Shown here in pieces: positions 27,800-41,519 of a stretch of DNA of 64,000 nucleotides; the stretch's first letter is position 1; every line of letters starts with the position of its first letter. The stretch lies in NCBI GenBank assembly GCA_951406725.2, contig OX597817.1, forward strand, positions 3,038,001 through 3,102,000, given 5' to 3'. The notes under the pieces were generated by a model that saw nothing but the letters and a program-made list of their open reading frames with translations, was not told the DNA's origin and did not search any database. A program made the position numbers and the translations under genes. The DNA comes from Octopus vulgaris. Lineage: Eukaryota.

Positions 27800-29228
27800 G
27801 AAAGTTGCTCTTTGATCCAGAAAGTTGCTCTTTCTTGAGAATAGAGTGTGTGTGTGTGTGTGTGTAATAGCATCAGAATGACCTAAAAATATGAACATTA
27901 ATCTGTCTAACTTGGGATCTTTAGTTATAATAATTAATTAAAGCTGAAATATTTTCTTTGAAGGCATAGTCTTTTGAGATGTAGTCTTTGTATACTTTTA
28001 AGGTCTCCGAATCAGTCTACCACAACAGGTGCTCGACACCCTAAACCGATCAGTTTTGTAGCTTTTAGCACCACAAATATCCTTTTCTACCCCAACATCG
28101 ACCGTTTATTTGCTGCACTGTATACTCATGTGATACAATAAACCACTTCTAATTGATCACATGAATTCTGACAGTAATGAAGTTGTAGATCTATAGAGGT
28201 ATCTATGTAGAAAGCTGTAATGCGATATTCGTGTTATCTCTCTAAAGTTATTAACCACAAGCATTAAATGAAATTGCTCCCAAATGACTATCAAAACACG
28301 ATAAAAGAACACCGTTCTTCAATTAGTTACACCACTACGATCCATATAAATTTCCAAATTAAATTTCTGCACGCTCTTTCATGCATACATTCATACATAC
28401 ATAAACAGTTAGAAAACCGCCATTTATATAGTGTTCGTGCGTGCGTGCGTGGGCGCGCTTATGTATGATTTTCAAAATGTGGGGAACCCCCACATACAAT
28501 TCTTGATTACTCATGACGCAAACCATAGGCGATTTCCGACTCTTCGCAGTGGTTTCAAAATCCGCTGAGATCAACTTTTATCTTCTATATTTTGATGGGG
28601 TCAGTGAAAGAAATAACAAACCCGGAGCAATAGACTGCCAGAAATGTAAGGACATCGGATTAGATACCTTGCAATATTTGTTCGGTATTTTGCATTCTGA
28701 GTTCGAATTCCGCCATGTTCAACTTGGGCAGTAAACTTAATTTGATAGCTAGCACCTCAAGAGAAGTACCCACTGATACATTCATTCGGGCCAGGTTCTC
28801 GATTTCAGAATAAGTTTTGCCTTCCTTCCCAACAGCTTAGGAGGCTCTGTAAAGGGTCATTGGCGTTTACCTTCCCTCGTAATAGATAAAAAAAAAAGTG
28901 TACCTACTACCAGTTCTTAATGCTAGTCTGTAGATGCCAAGTTAGTTGACCAAATTGGGCCACGCCAATTTTGCTACAATAACCCAATCTCCATAAAATT
29001 TGCTTGACGATATCAGCTCCTCCATCCCAAATAATAATAATAATAATAATCTACTATAGGTACAAGGCCTGAAATCTATGGGGAGGGGGATAGTCGATTA
29101 TATCCACCCCAAGGGTACAAATTTTCCGGAAAACTATAACCAGAAACAATTGGGGCATTTAATAATATTTGTTAAAGTTCATTGCTATGGAGAAAAAATA
29201 ATAGATTCCTGTTGCTGAATATCTAAAC

Positions 29229-29354
29229 CAGGGATCACCTGTGGGTGATGGGACTATTCAAGGGGTCGATAAATGCACATCTACTTAATTATTATTAAGT
29301 GCATGCCTGGGGGTCGATTAGGGGTCAATAGTCTAAAAAGTTTGGAGGCCCCTG
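29229..29354. mobile_element. hAT/Charlie-like MITE
   Basis: Ends caggg / ccctg; exact 8-bp TSD atctaaac (29221-29228, 29355-29362). Confidence 0.7.
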
Positions 29355-30906
29355 ATCTAAACGGTGCATCACCCTTCATGCCTCATCCATCACACACACA
29401 TACTGAGCTTAGTTACCTGGCTGTTTCTTTTATCGTAACTATAGCTGCCTTTCGTTACTCCCAGGGCCCGTTTTAAATATTTTTTGCAATTATTCCTTCG
29501 CCTGAACTGTGGCAGCATCAAAAACCGTCAACTAAAATCTTGTCCATCGTTTAAAATGTCCTTAAAAGGCACCTAAATTGCTGCTGTATTGTCAGTGAAT
29601 TGCTTCGAAGTTATAATGTGCTATTTGTGATTTAAGCCGCGCCGCGTATGTAAATTAAATTGAATATCATAGACATGAAATAGAAGATGGCAATTGCCTT
29701 TTTATAAAATCTAACATAGATAAAAAGGTATATCGACACGCTCCTTCTAATCGCATCAATGCATGTCATTTGATATTTGCATTTATAGTAACATATTCAT
29801 CTTAACCCCCACCCCTTTTTCATCCCTTTTCATCTTTGTTTAAACATTAATATTGTATTTGATAGACCGTTTTTCTTCAAAACCTAATTACTTTGGCTTT
29901 CTAGAATTTTAATGTTATGGAATGCAACGAAATCTTTTTCTTTAACACACAGCACAAGTCTAAATGCTTTGCGTGTAGTTGTACCTTAGGTATAATGAAA
30001 CCTATACCCGGTCGCTCAATTCCAAAGAAATAGCATTCGAATCTTTTGTGAAATACACCCGAGCTTTCTAGAAAGAAAGAAAGAAAGAAAAGCAAATATT
30101 ATCACGACTGAAACGCTTCTAATTATAGTTTTATTTGAACTGGGCTGATTGATACTGAGTTAGTCTTACAAATTATGCGAATTCACGAAACAAAAATGGT
30201 AACTAATCCCAAGAGTCAAAATCTTGCTCTATTTACTGCTAAGCCCACATTCTTAATACTATATAAGACGCATGAATAATTGCACGTGACGATATCTGAT
30301 CAATAGACTAATAACGTTAGTCATATGTAGTTTATGACATCAAATCACGAAATGTGATATCACGCAATGTAATATTTCGTGATAAAATGTATTAATATTG
30401 ATATGATCAACATCAAAGAGTTGAATAGACTTCTAAATACAGTAACTGAGATATATTTGTAAATTGCAAATATAATTTAGTTCATATGCTGGTATTTAGT
30501 TTTAAACATATTTTATATATGTATGCGTCTGTTCACATTTCTCACTATGACACAGAAAGGTCACAAACTACCGATATCTTGTTTGTTTAGCACCAAAATA
30601 ACCCCGTTCGAGCCGGTACTATTTAAAAAGTTCCCCCCAATAGAATGTAGAGAGAAATAAAACTATTAAACATTTAGTTACGTTAGTATTAGCATGTTTA
30701 AAGTAGGGAACATGAAAGAAGGAAATTAGAAAACAATTATAATTTTAGTGCTAACATATTTAACGTAATGAATATTAAGATAACTAATGAGAAATACATT
30801 ATACAGCGAGGGGGAAAGAAAACTAGCTCAAAGACTGATATTTTATCATTTTGACAAACACGACATTAGTATTAACTGGATAAACTATATTAAATATACT
30901 AACATA

Positions 30907-31104
30907 GGGTTGCGAGCTGGCAAGAAACGTTAGCACGACGGGCGAAATGCGTAGCCGTATTTCGTCTGCCGTTACGTTCTGAGTTAAAATTCCTTCGAGG
31001 TCGACCTTGTCTTTCATCCTTTCGGAGTCGATAAATTAAGTACCAGTTACGCACTGGGGTCGATGTAATCGACTTAATCCCTTTGTCTGTCCTTGTTTGT
31101 CCCC
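30907..31104 (+). mobile_element. SINE family A, 3'-truncated
   Basis: Head and body match family A; tail stops after tttgtcccc. Confidence 0.85.
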
Positions 31105-32286
31105 ATTAACTTGGTTTCTTCTATTGAAACCTTGGTGTATGTCTTATATCTTAAAAGTTTAAAAAATGGTATATACTAAAAGGAATCCAAGTATGTGTAT
31201 GTTATATGAAATATTTCACTTTATTCATTCAACTGGTAAATAATAATAATCAGCCAACTAATTAGTTATACACATACAAACACACACATGTATTTTGGAG
31301 TAGTATTACTTAGCAGGTGATTTCGTGTAAAGAGTGTATTGAAACTGAAGCAGTCTCATCATGGAAGGACCATTTCACTTTAAGATATTACGAAAAACAT
31401 TTATCATCACTTTTCATTTATTTCTTGGTGCCATAAATGTCGTCACATTTCTGCGATCTTTTTCATAGATATTCTTTTAATTTTTTTTTCCATTATCGTT
31501 GTTGAACTTTTGCGCCTGTTGCTCCTATTCACAGTCGACGTTAAAACCGCGTATTTGATGGAGGATAAATACTAATATTTTCTCCAAATTATTTATAATT
31601 GACGAATGGTTTGAAACTGTAATGCATAGGTACCTTTAATTTCCATGCTTGAATGAGTAATATTTACATGGGTTCTAAATTTAAGACTATACAGTCATAA
31701 ATCGATTCTCTATCTTCCTTCTTCTCTCTCTCTCTCTGTATGTGTGTGTATATATTGTATATTGTAGACGTCACAAACATTTTATAAACTTTCTAAAGAA
31801 CATGTAATATTTTTGTTTTTTAATAATGGCTCTCAGGGCTCACATAAAGCTATGAATTATAGCATGTAAATATTGATTGGGCTTATAAATTTTTTATGAT
31901 GTGGTCATAAATATTACTTTTTGACAAATACAAACAAACCAGTTCAAGTATGCATGAGGCATATACGTACATGGAAAAGAGCAATTCACTGTATTTTATC
32001 TTGGAGAAAATTTCTCGCTGAAGACAGACAACTGTAAACACATCAAATCTAAGCTTTTCAGTTCGCAGCGTCTACCTTTCCGGTCTCGGGTACTGAAGAA
32101 GAGATAACCACACCGAAATGCATGTATTCTGCAGTATGGTTAGAAGGCGCTGCGAACTAATTTGGTCTGTTGAGAAATTTTCTCCATGACAAAATATAGC
32201 GATTGACTTTGACCTTCTTACGAGTTCGAATATGCATATTTAAACTGGCAACAGGTGTGCATTTATAGACATCACTGCTTAGCACA

Positions 32287-32328
<42 letters not shown>

Positions 32329-32348
32329 TGTGAGAGAGAGAGAGAGAG

Positions 32349-33225
32349 GATGCAGAATCCTGGAAATGTTGTGCACCTGCAACAGGAGATGGACGTAATA
32401 TACAGGTGGGCTGACAATAACGTGCAGCTTAATGTTTGAAATTTCCATTCCCTGCGCTACCAGTACAGGAAACTGAATAAAATTCAGACGATACACTGAT
32501 TCTGAAGGGATTGCAATCCCTGAGTCAAAATCAGTGCTCGACCCAGGTAATGATATGAGTAATGACGCATCTTTCCAGGTGCATATGAGTTGGCGAGAAA
32601 ATGCAGGTAGCTGGTGGGCTGCATCCTTAGAACTTTCAGAACTTGAGAACAATAAACCATTATGGTCGTCTGGAGGGCTTTTGTCCTCAGCCGTTTAGAC
32701 TACTTCCACCAGCTATGGTTACCACACTGTAAAATTAACGGTGGAACTCGAAGCAATCCAACGAAGCTCAAGAAAGATCATAACAATGCGACATGTCAGC
32801 TATTAGGAGAGGCTGAAAAAGTTAACTCTACTCCTTAGAAAGAAGGCAGAAAAGATATGCAGTGATATACATCTAGAAAATCGTAGAAGAACTTGTAAGA
32901 AACTTTGGCATTGAATATTGCATTAACAACAGAACGGGCACCACTGCATAGTGCCAAATATTCCACCATTGCCATCGGGTTACAGGACCAGATACTGCAA
33001 CAGTTTGGGTTTCAAGGGCCTACAGGCCTTCAATATCCTCCCAAGGAGCTTGAGAGACCTACATGGGGTAGATGTAGGTATGATCGAAGTAAAACTGGAT
33101 CTCCTGTCAAGAATTCCGGATAAGCCTACATCGCGGCAAGAAACGCAAATGGGGGCAGCAACATCAAACTTTCTCATTCACCAAATGCCACATATCAAAG
33201 GTGGTTTCAAGTGTTGCAAAATGTA
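32349..33225 (+). mobile_element. Degenerate CR1/L2-group LINE (late RT domain to C-terminus)
   Basis: Frameshifted segments LQQEMDVIYRWADNNVQLN and GLQAFNILPRSLRDLHG...KVKLDLLSRIPDKP resemble CR1-like ORF2. Confidence 0.75.
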
Positions 33226-34608
33226 GCATTGTCGCAGCTCTCGAGTGAAACTAGTGAAAAAGAAAATGTGCGCGCGCACGCACACACATATACACACACC
33301 ATGTAATGTATGTATGTATGCAGTTTGCTTTCTTGCTTAAGGTGAACAGTCAAAATCATCCGAGGGCGGAGGGGGGATACGTATTGCTGGTGTTCATTAG
33401 GTTGTATGTTCAAACTCCATCAAACTTAACTTCGCCTTTCATTCTTCCAGAATTGGTAAAATATGTACCGATCTAGAACTAGGGTCAATGGCATCGTCTA
33501 ACCCCTCCCCTCAAAATTGCTGGCCTCGTGTTTAAATGAAGAACAATTTGAACATTTTAAATTACAACATTCAAATACAAAGAACCAAAAAGGAAAGGGG
33601 ATATTTAGAAGCAGAAGAGGATGGGAGCAATTATTTGCATGTGTTATTTGTTCATATAATATATGTATGTGCCATAATATATTCTCATTTAATAAAATAT
33701 TTACATAATAAATATTTATATAAACTTTTTGCTTAGATATTAACAGCAATATTTAGGTGTATATCATTGTTTTATTTGCTGCATCCTGAAAGTATCTGTT
33801 AGAAATCTATATTGCTTCTAATAATGAGGCTGTCATATAAATGACATTACAGAAAGTTATTGAATTTATTAAAGTAATTAATATGAAAAACCAATAAACG
33901 TACAAATTCATTTGCGGATCGTTTTGAAAAGAAAGCAATGAGTTTGCGAGATATATGGTTATTTTGATATCGCAATGACAAAAATATCGCTAAAAGTTTA
34001 TTTATTTCGTTTCTTAGTTTAAGTAAACTCGGCTCTCGGCATGCTGGAGGACAGCCTTTGTGGGCGTGTGTTAATCGTAAATGTTATTTTTATCCTAATA
34101 TTACCTATAAAGAAGGAGAAAGAAGGCCACGAACGCGCGTACAAATTGGAAAAATATATTTTAAGTAATGAATAAGATATTAGAGAACTAGCAATGTGCC
34201 GGCGATCAAAGAGTATAATCAATGAAAAATGTGTAATAAATTCGTTTCTTGTGAGGCGTGGGCGGCAATACCAAGTGTACAAAAAAGAGTATTTTCTGAT
34301 ATATCTTTCTCCGTGTTTATATTCATTACCCTTAGAAACTTTTGCTCCCCGATGAAAAGTACTGGCAGAAATGTTACACATTTAATCTTTCTCACGGCAA
34401 TCCCATTTATTTCATTTCTCACCTGTTTGTACATTATATGCATGCACACTCACACATATATACACTAACACGCAAACATGCAAACTCGCACCATTCACTA
34501 ACTACATTCACTGCTAACGGTGTTCCGCTCTTTCTGATTAAAGGGAACGGAACCATAATACCGTGAAATTTTTCTTTCTCGCTGTCCAAACTTATCGCCT
34601 GATCTTAT

Positions 34609-34644
<36 letters not shown>

Positions 34645-34837
34645 AAAATTCCCACATGCGCACAACGTACTCTCTCACACGCGCACAACATAATCCCCCC
34701 CCTCTCTCTCACATACACATACCGTACACTCTCGTTCAGTGTACTCTCTCTTACACACACAACGTACTCTCTTTCTCTCGCAATGTACTCTATCTTTCTC
34801 ACTCATATGTCCAAGCAACGTCTTAGTCACACGGCAT

Positions 34838-35222
34838 ATACACACACACATACAAACACACACACATACAAACACACACACATACAAACACACACATACA
34901 AACACACACACATACAAACACACACACACAAACACACACACATACAAACACACACACATACAAACACACACACATACAAACACACACACATACAAACACA
35001 CACATATACAAACACACACATATAAACACATGCACACATACATACGCGTCACACACATACGGATGCGCGGCTCTCACGCGCGCACATATGTCACACACAC
35101 GTGTCACACGGTACACACACACGCACACACACGCACACGCACACGTCACATGGCGCGCACACACGTCACACACTCTCATGGCGCACAGCACACGACACCC
35201 CCTCACACAAACACACACATAG
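34838..35222. repeat. Complex CA-rich minisatellite (cacacacatacaaa-type units)
   Basis: Directly visible; followed by an (AG)n/(AGAC)n tract at about 35337-35438. Confidence 0.9.
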
Positions 35223-35334
35223 CACGCGAAAGCACTTTCTATTTCTTTCGCCAACTTTCTTGTAGAAGTCTTCTTCAAGTAATCTTTAAGATAAACAAAC
35301 TCAAATGGTTTTTATGGCATCTAACACGTGAAGA

Positions 35335-35398
<64 letters not shown>

Positions 35399-35924
35399 GA
35401 GACAGAGAGACAGAGAGACAGAGAGAGAGACAGAGAGACTTCTGCCGTGTCATTGAATGATAAATTCAAGTAAGAGTATACGATTAAGGAAGCGTGAAAT
35501 CTGTTCTGGTTAACTGGTAAAAGCACCTGAATTTTAAAAGCCAGGTCGTAAAATAAGAAATAGGAGCTATTCACTGTGAGAGTTTCTTTAATAGAAGGCA
35601 ACTGAAGAGTAAGTTTATGGGTAACATTCCAAAATGCTACTAGAAGTTTGGAACACAATTTCGTCACGTTGTTTCGATTTAGATGAAATATTTTATTTCT
35701 GTTATTGTAGTAGAAGGAACGACAAATGACACAAAGCAACCATTTAACGACTTTTTTTCCCTCTACATATTGATTATGAAAGGGCCTGATCGTTACGTTT
35801 CACATGTATGCTTAATGCTCGTCGGAGGAGGATCCTTTTCACATATCGAGGAAGGATTTCACTTTTAGTTTCTCCTGTTAAAATATAAAATACAGTTCTA
35901 TATTTCTAAGATGAGGAACTGATA

Positions 35925-36245
35925 CTATATATTCTTTATATTAGACGGACTAGGGTCCTCATTTTGATTGTTGCTTTCACTACGTTTCGACTGTTGTACG
36001 CCCCAGTCTTCTTCAAAGTAATTCACGCACAAAATCAAATGAACCAAAAATGGCACAAAATGCAGAGCGCGGAATGAGAACAGTTGTATCCCTGTTGATC
36101 AAATAAAGGTTTGGGTTCGAAATCCTGATACAATTGAGTTCAATACAAAACACCTGAAGAATACTGGACCGTAGAACAGCCGAAACGTAGTAAAATCAGT
36201 AATCGAGATGAGACCACCAACCCGACAAATATAAACAGTAAACAT
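35925..36245. mobile_element. Inverted-repeat Penelope-like fragment with two hammerhead-like motifs
   Basis: Arms about 35925-36020 and 36150-36245 are diverged reverse complements; each carries (C/T)TGAAGA-a-stem-GAAAC-GTA. Confidence 0.6.
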
Positions 36246-36403
36246 AATGAAATATTTATGCCAAATCAAAAGAAGCGTATGTTTAAAACTAATACGAATA
36301 AAGCATTCAGTGACTCTCCAGTGACTCGGCTTCGAACTTCAACTGTCTGCAATAATTTCCATTCAGTTGCATTTCTAACGATCTTAAAAAAGATATGAAC
36401 CTC

Positions 36404-36610
36404 ACGTCGGGCGAAATGCGTAGCCGTATTTCGTCTGCCGTTAAGTGTTCTGGGTTCAAATTCCGCCGAGGTCGACTTTGCCTTTCATCCTTTCGGGGTC
36501 GATAAATTAAGTACCAGTTACGCACTGGGGTCGATGTAATCGACTTAATCCCTTTGTCTGTCCTTGTTTGTCCCCTCTATGTTTAGCCCCTTGTGGGTAG
36601 TAAAGAAATA
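36404..36610 (+). mobile_element. SINE family A, 5'-truncated
   Basis: Body and tail type 1 match; A-box region missing. Confidence 0.85.
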
Positions 36611-37553
36611 TATACCTGTCTCAACATGAAATTCTATACACATCTTTGAAATTAATGGTTACATCTTATGTACAAACGTAAGTTTTGCATTTAATCTATA
36701 GCTGTAAATTATGGAGAAATTCGAGCCAGTCAAAGCAGTATCAGTACTGTACCAGAGTGTAGTCATTCGTGTCTGCTACTTTTTGCTGTTCATGTGCGCG
36801 CTTATATCGAAGCAAGAAAATAAAATGTTAGCAGTTAAGTGTATGGTGAAATGGAGAACTTAGTGTGTGTGTGTTTTCTGCATTGTCAAAACTACTTAGT
36901 AATTTAGTAATTTTCTTAAATTTGCTTAAGTTTGTATACCGTGAGAAATGATTGTTGATATTTCGGATCAAGTTGTTCGTCTGAGGTTTCATCCCCCAAG
37001 GAAAAGGTAAGTTTCTAGCATGACTTTGCGATTAAGAGCTTTACTTTGTAACTACGCATTTCTGAGTTCGATTCCACTGCAGGGCACTGGGTGGGAGTGT
37101 TTTCTGTCATAGCTTCCAGCTGACCTTCTACCTTTTGAGTGAAATTTGTGTAATATAAACTATCGTGTGTGTGTAATGTATGTTTATCAGTGAAAAAACC
37201 TCATAAGCCTGTGCTTTCGAATCAATTCCCCGAGTTGCACAGACGCTCCCTTGTACCACTTGTCGTAACTGCAGTGAACTAGTTGGAAACATAAGCCACG
37301 ATATCGTTATTTACCAAATTGCAAACTAAAATATAAATGAATCGTATATGAAAATAAATATACCAAAACTAAGGCTGTTACAATCTTCATTTCAAACATT
37401 TACGATAGCATTATTTTAGAAAATATACAAATGCCATGCAGTGTCCAATATTAAAAAGGATTGTTTGTCCTCGATCTAAAGAGGACCAATATTTAACACT
37501 GTTTTTATTTGCTTGAATTTGATTTTCTCTTCTCCTTTTTTTCTCGTTAACAG

Positions 37554-38019
37554 GGTATGGTGGTGAATGGTTTTGTAAATGTGGTCATTTCAAATATAGA
37601 ACGGCGCTACGACTTGTCGAGTACAGAATCGGGAACAATTGCAAGCTGCTACGACATAGCATCGGTTGTGTGTCTTATACCAATTAGCTACTTTGGAGGA
37701 CTTGGTCGGAAACCTCGTTATCTAGGTATCGGCGTTTTTGTCATGGGTATCGGATCATTTATGTTCAGTTTGCCACACTTCCTCAGCGGCAACTATAAAT
37801 ATGTTACCACACAGAATGTATGTACAGAGACTTCGTTATCGAACGGTACTAGTGTTCTTCACTGTATTATGGGCGAATCAGTGAAGACCTTATCGAACTA
37901 CAAATACTTGTTCTTTTTGGGTCAGTTACTACACGGGGCCGGTGCTTCTCCTCTTTATACACTCGGAGTAACTTACCTGGATGAGAACTTATCAGTTCGG
38001 ACGGCACCTGTCTACATAG
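37554..38019 (+). CDS. SLCO4A1: Internal coding exon of an SLCO/OATP organic anion transporter, SLCO4A1-like
   Basis: Polypyrimidine tract and cag acceptor (37551-37553); phase-0 start GMVVNGFVNVVISNIERRYDLSSTESGTIASCYDIAS...SYFGGLGRKPRYLG...FSLPHF...GQLLHGAGASPLYTLGVTYLDEN, matching OATP4-type motifs as I recall them; donor G|gtaaag at 38019/38020 (phase 1). Symbol is the closest family member; orthology untested. Confidence 0.93.
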
Positions 38020-38924
38020 GTAAAGTATTATTATTATTATTTATTATGTTGCTGTTGCTATACTTTGTTTTGCTTTAAAATGTTCTTTATAATGTTCCAT
38101 TTTAACACATTTCTGAACTTTCGTTTTGTTCCTCTTTTTATAATCGTTCAGTTCCTCTTTTATCTTATATATATCACAAAATGGGCCCATGTAAAACTTT
38201 TTTCTTAAATGCTCTATTGGTCGAGGATGGTTGAATCAAAAGAGTGTTACAAAATGTTTTCGGTGTATTTAGCTAGATCCTTTCATAATCTAAGTTCAAA
38301 CCCTGCTGTTGTCGACTTTTTCCTTTCATCTCATCTCTATGAAACCGATACAAACCACTGTACCTCACCCCACAAATTATTGGTTGTTTCCCGATATTAT
38401 TATGCATGCCTTTAATAAATGTCAATGCATGACTGAATCGATAGAATACCTTACTCTTACTTAAATGCGCTCCGATATTGATACATTTTGAATTCAAATT
38501 ACACTGGGACTGGTTTTGCCGTTCTACATTGCCGGGATCGATACAGTCGAATAAACCTGACCTCTACGGTATGTCACAACTGGAAATTGTAGATATTGTT
38601 AACGAACTATAGAGAATGGCGCTCCTCTACTTTGACATCAAATGTCAACAGGTTCAAATTTGCCCTTCATTATCAATGTTGGCGCCCACACAATGAATCA
38701 AACATACTTTCAATTCGACAGCAGACTTTTTAAGAATGAAACTGTTGTCGTCGTTGTGGAGTGATTTCAGACAACCTCCTCTTCACTTTGCCTCCCGATG
38801 TCTTAAAACTGATTTCAGATCTCTTTCAACAACTTAATCCCATCACAATGAGCATCATATTATAGACTATTGTGCTAAAAGGCATTTTATTTAAGAGACG
38901 TAAGACTTGTCAACTCGCCTCATG

Positions 38925-39470
38925 TTCCCGACAGGCAAAACTAAAAAGGCGTTGCACCAGAGGATGGCGAGAGAGATGCACTGGAACAGTCACTCCAGCT
39001 CACGGGGCTCGCACTTGCTGATAGTAGCCATCTCTGCCCGGATAGCAGCGAGCAGAGATGCAGTTCGGGCCAAGAAAATCGAAGGACTCCATTTGGCTAA
39101 AGCGACTCCATTTGTCAGAAAGCGACCGATACTTTGACTATTAGCCCTTCTTGGCTTGATGAACAGCGAATCCTGAGTTGGCAGCCGAACACACCAGGTT
39201 GCCGTTGGAGACAGTGTCGTAACGTGTGGCATCCCAGATAAGGCACCCACTCCATTGAATGGGAAAATCATGTCATCCTGCTTTTTGCCGTTTCTTCACT
39301 CCAGCCCGCTGGCTTGAGCTAGAAGGGGCAGTCTGCGGCGTCTAGGCCTTTATGATCTAATTGAGAGCAGCATGACGTGGGAGATGGCAAGCACTATAAT
39401 GGCATGACAATAAGTGGTGACCAAAAGAATCCACAATTGATCCACAAGTCTCAGGGAAACGCTGATGCCC
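38925..39470 (-). mobile_element. Remnant of a restriction-like-endonuclease non-LTR retrotransposon (CRE-like)
   Basis: Minus frames give CGSIVDSFGHHLLSCHYSACHLPRHAALN, GKKQDDMIFPF, CLIWDAT and LFQCISLAILWCNA, resembling the zinc knuckle, RH, RPDG/WD and LFQR.S.A..RGNA motifs; frameshifted. Confidence 0.75.
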
Positions 39471-40572
39471 AAATTATTTCTACAAAACAGTTTTTATATT
39501 GCGGCAGTTATGGTAGTGCTGTTAGTGGTAATATGATAGTCGAGTAAAAGTACATGAAGCTAGATTTGTTGCGGTAATAAGAATTCGATTTCATATTACT
39601 GGGAGTTGCTTGAAATGAGAAAAACTCGTAGTTTTTTAGATTGGGTTAGTTAGAAATGTTGGTGGTTTAATAAAGCAAGATGCCATTCTCTCTTTATTGA
39701 TGTTAGTAATTAATCGCTTTTATCCAGTCAAAAACTAGGATAAAGAAGCAGTTCATATAGATGATTAGCGCGCTCAATTATTCCATATTTATTTTCATAA
39801 ATCGGTTAAGATTACCGGGTATCTACTGGTCTTAATTCAATTGACTATACAAGATTAAATTAAGACAATCAAATATCCCGTACAAGTTCGTGACATACTG
39901 ACAAATCATTTTTCATGTATATTTCTTTTCTCAGAAACCACTATGATATTCATAAAGCCAGATCTACCCAAATCTGGTCCCAAAGTTCCATTATTGATAG
40001 CGACTTAGGTGAAAACAGGTCGTTGCATTTGGTATTAAGAAAAGTTTTTGACCGTGTTTGAGTTGACAGTCTGACTGCCTGATCTTTTTTTTTTTTTTTT
40101 ACTGTCAAAGCGTTCCATTGAATTGTACCACTGATTAAATGCTTTGTGAATCAGTCTCTCAACTGTAGTGTGCGATAAGGTTCAGTAATATCTGCATTAG
40201 ACGAACTTGCTGTTAATTCCAACCACTTGGATCGTGTTACGGTTATAGAGCTTTTTCGATGTGTATATATGAATGAGAAATGTAGTTGAAGTCAGAAGGA
40301 CGCAGTTAAAAATCATCAGCAATTTTACGTAAAATTCTCAAACTTTTATACTTACTATTTACTCATTACAGACCATCGTTAGTTCTATTGTATTTGTTCC
40401 CATTCATAACGAATGTGAAATATATATCTCATTCCTTCACTATTTTATAATTATTTTACTGTATTAAGACTGCCAAATTTATATAAAATAGCTATTTTAT
40501 AGTGACATCTGTTTTCGTCAGAACACTTCAACAAATAAAATTGAAATATTTGTTGATGGCGTTGAATATATT

Positions 40573-40732
40573 AGGCGCCGGAGTTACTGTGTGGTAAGAA
40601 GTTTGATTCCCAACTTCATGGTTCCGGGTTCAGTCCAACTGCGTGGAATCTTGGGCAAGTGTCATCTATAGCCTCGGGCCGACCAAAGCCTTGTGAGTGG
40701 ATTTGCTAGACCGAAAGTGAAAGAAGCCCGTC

Positions 40733-40771
<39 letters not shown>

Positions 40772-40969
40772 TGTGTGTCTTTGTTTGACCCCCACCACCA
40801 TCGTTTGACAACCGATGTTGGTGTGTTTACGTTCCCGTAACTTAACGATTCAGTAAAAGAGACCGAAAGAATAAGTACTACCCTTACAAAGACTGTCCTG
40901 GGGTCGATTTGTTCGACTAAAGGTGGTGCTTCAGCATGGCCGCAGTCAAACTGACAGACAAGTAAAAAA
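40573..40969 (+). mobile_element. SINE family B (tRNA head, CORE-like, internal TA/TG tract)
   Basis: gtgtggtaag...gggttcagtcc head, cttgggcaagtgtc, 3' cagcatggccgcagtc...aagtaaaa. Confidence 0.85.
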
Positions 40970-41286
40970 TATATATTCAAAGAGAAAGAGAAATTTGGAA
41001 TACTTATATTTATATTTTTTTAAATCTGAGTTACGTGTAAAGGGAAGTACAAAAGCGAAACAACTATTGCGTTTTCCAATAAAGCAAGCAAAAAGAAAGA
41101 AATAATTGTCAACACATGGAAAGCAAACGAGGTTAATTATAAAAAGGAAAAAAATCAAACTTGTGTAATCAAGTAGAATGTTACGCTACGTTATTCAATC
41201 AATGTCTCCATTTAGTTCTGCTTGTTTAACTGTATAATTCTCGATATTTTGTTTCAAATCTGAAACAAGATAACTTATATCACTAT

Positions 41287-41519
41287 AAGGCGGCGAGCTG
41301 GCAGAAACGTTAGCACGCCGGTTGAAATGCGTAGCCGTATTTCGTCTACCGTTACGTTCTGAGTTCAAATTCCGCCGGGGTCGACTTTGCCTTTCATCCT
41401 TTCGGGGTCGATAAATTAAGTACCAGTTACGCACTGGAGTCGATGTAATCGACTTAATCCGTTTGTCTGTCCTTGTTTGTCCCCTCTGTATTTAGTCCCT
41501 TGTGGGTAGTAAAGAAATA
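41287..41519 (+). mobile_element. SINE family A monomer (tail type 1)
   Basis: Full head, body and tail. Confidence 0.88.

Noticed and set aside
32088-32130. Hammerhead-like CTGAAGA...GAAAT-gcat-GTA
   Set aside because: Stems I and II pair poorly; at most a decayed relic.
38020-38078. C-terminal hydrophobic tail of ORF 37557..38078
   Set aside because: Read-through into the intron past the gtaaag donor.
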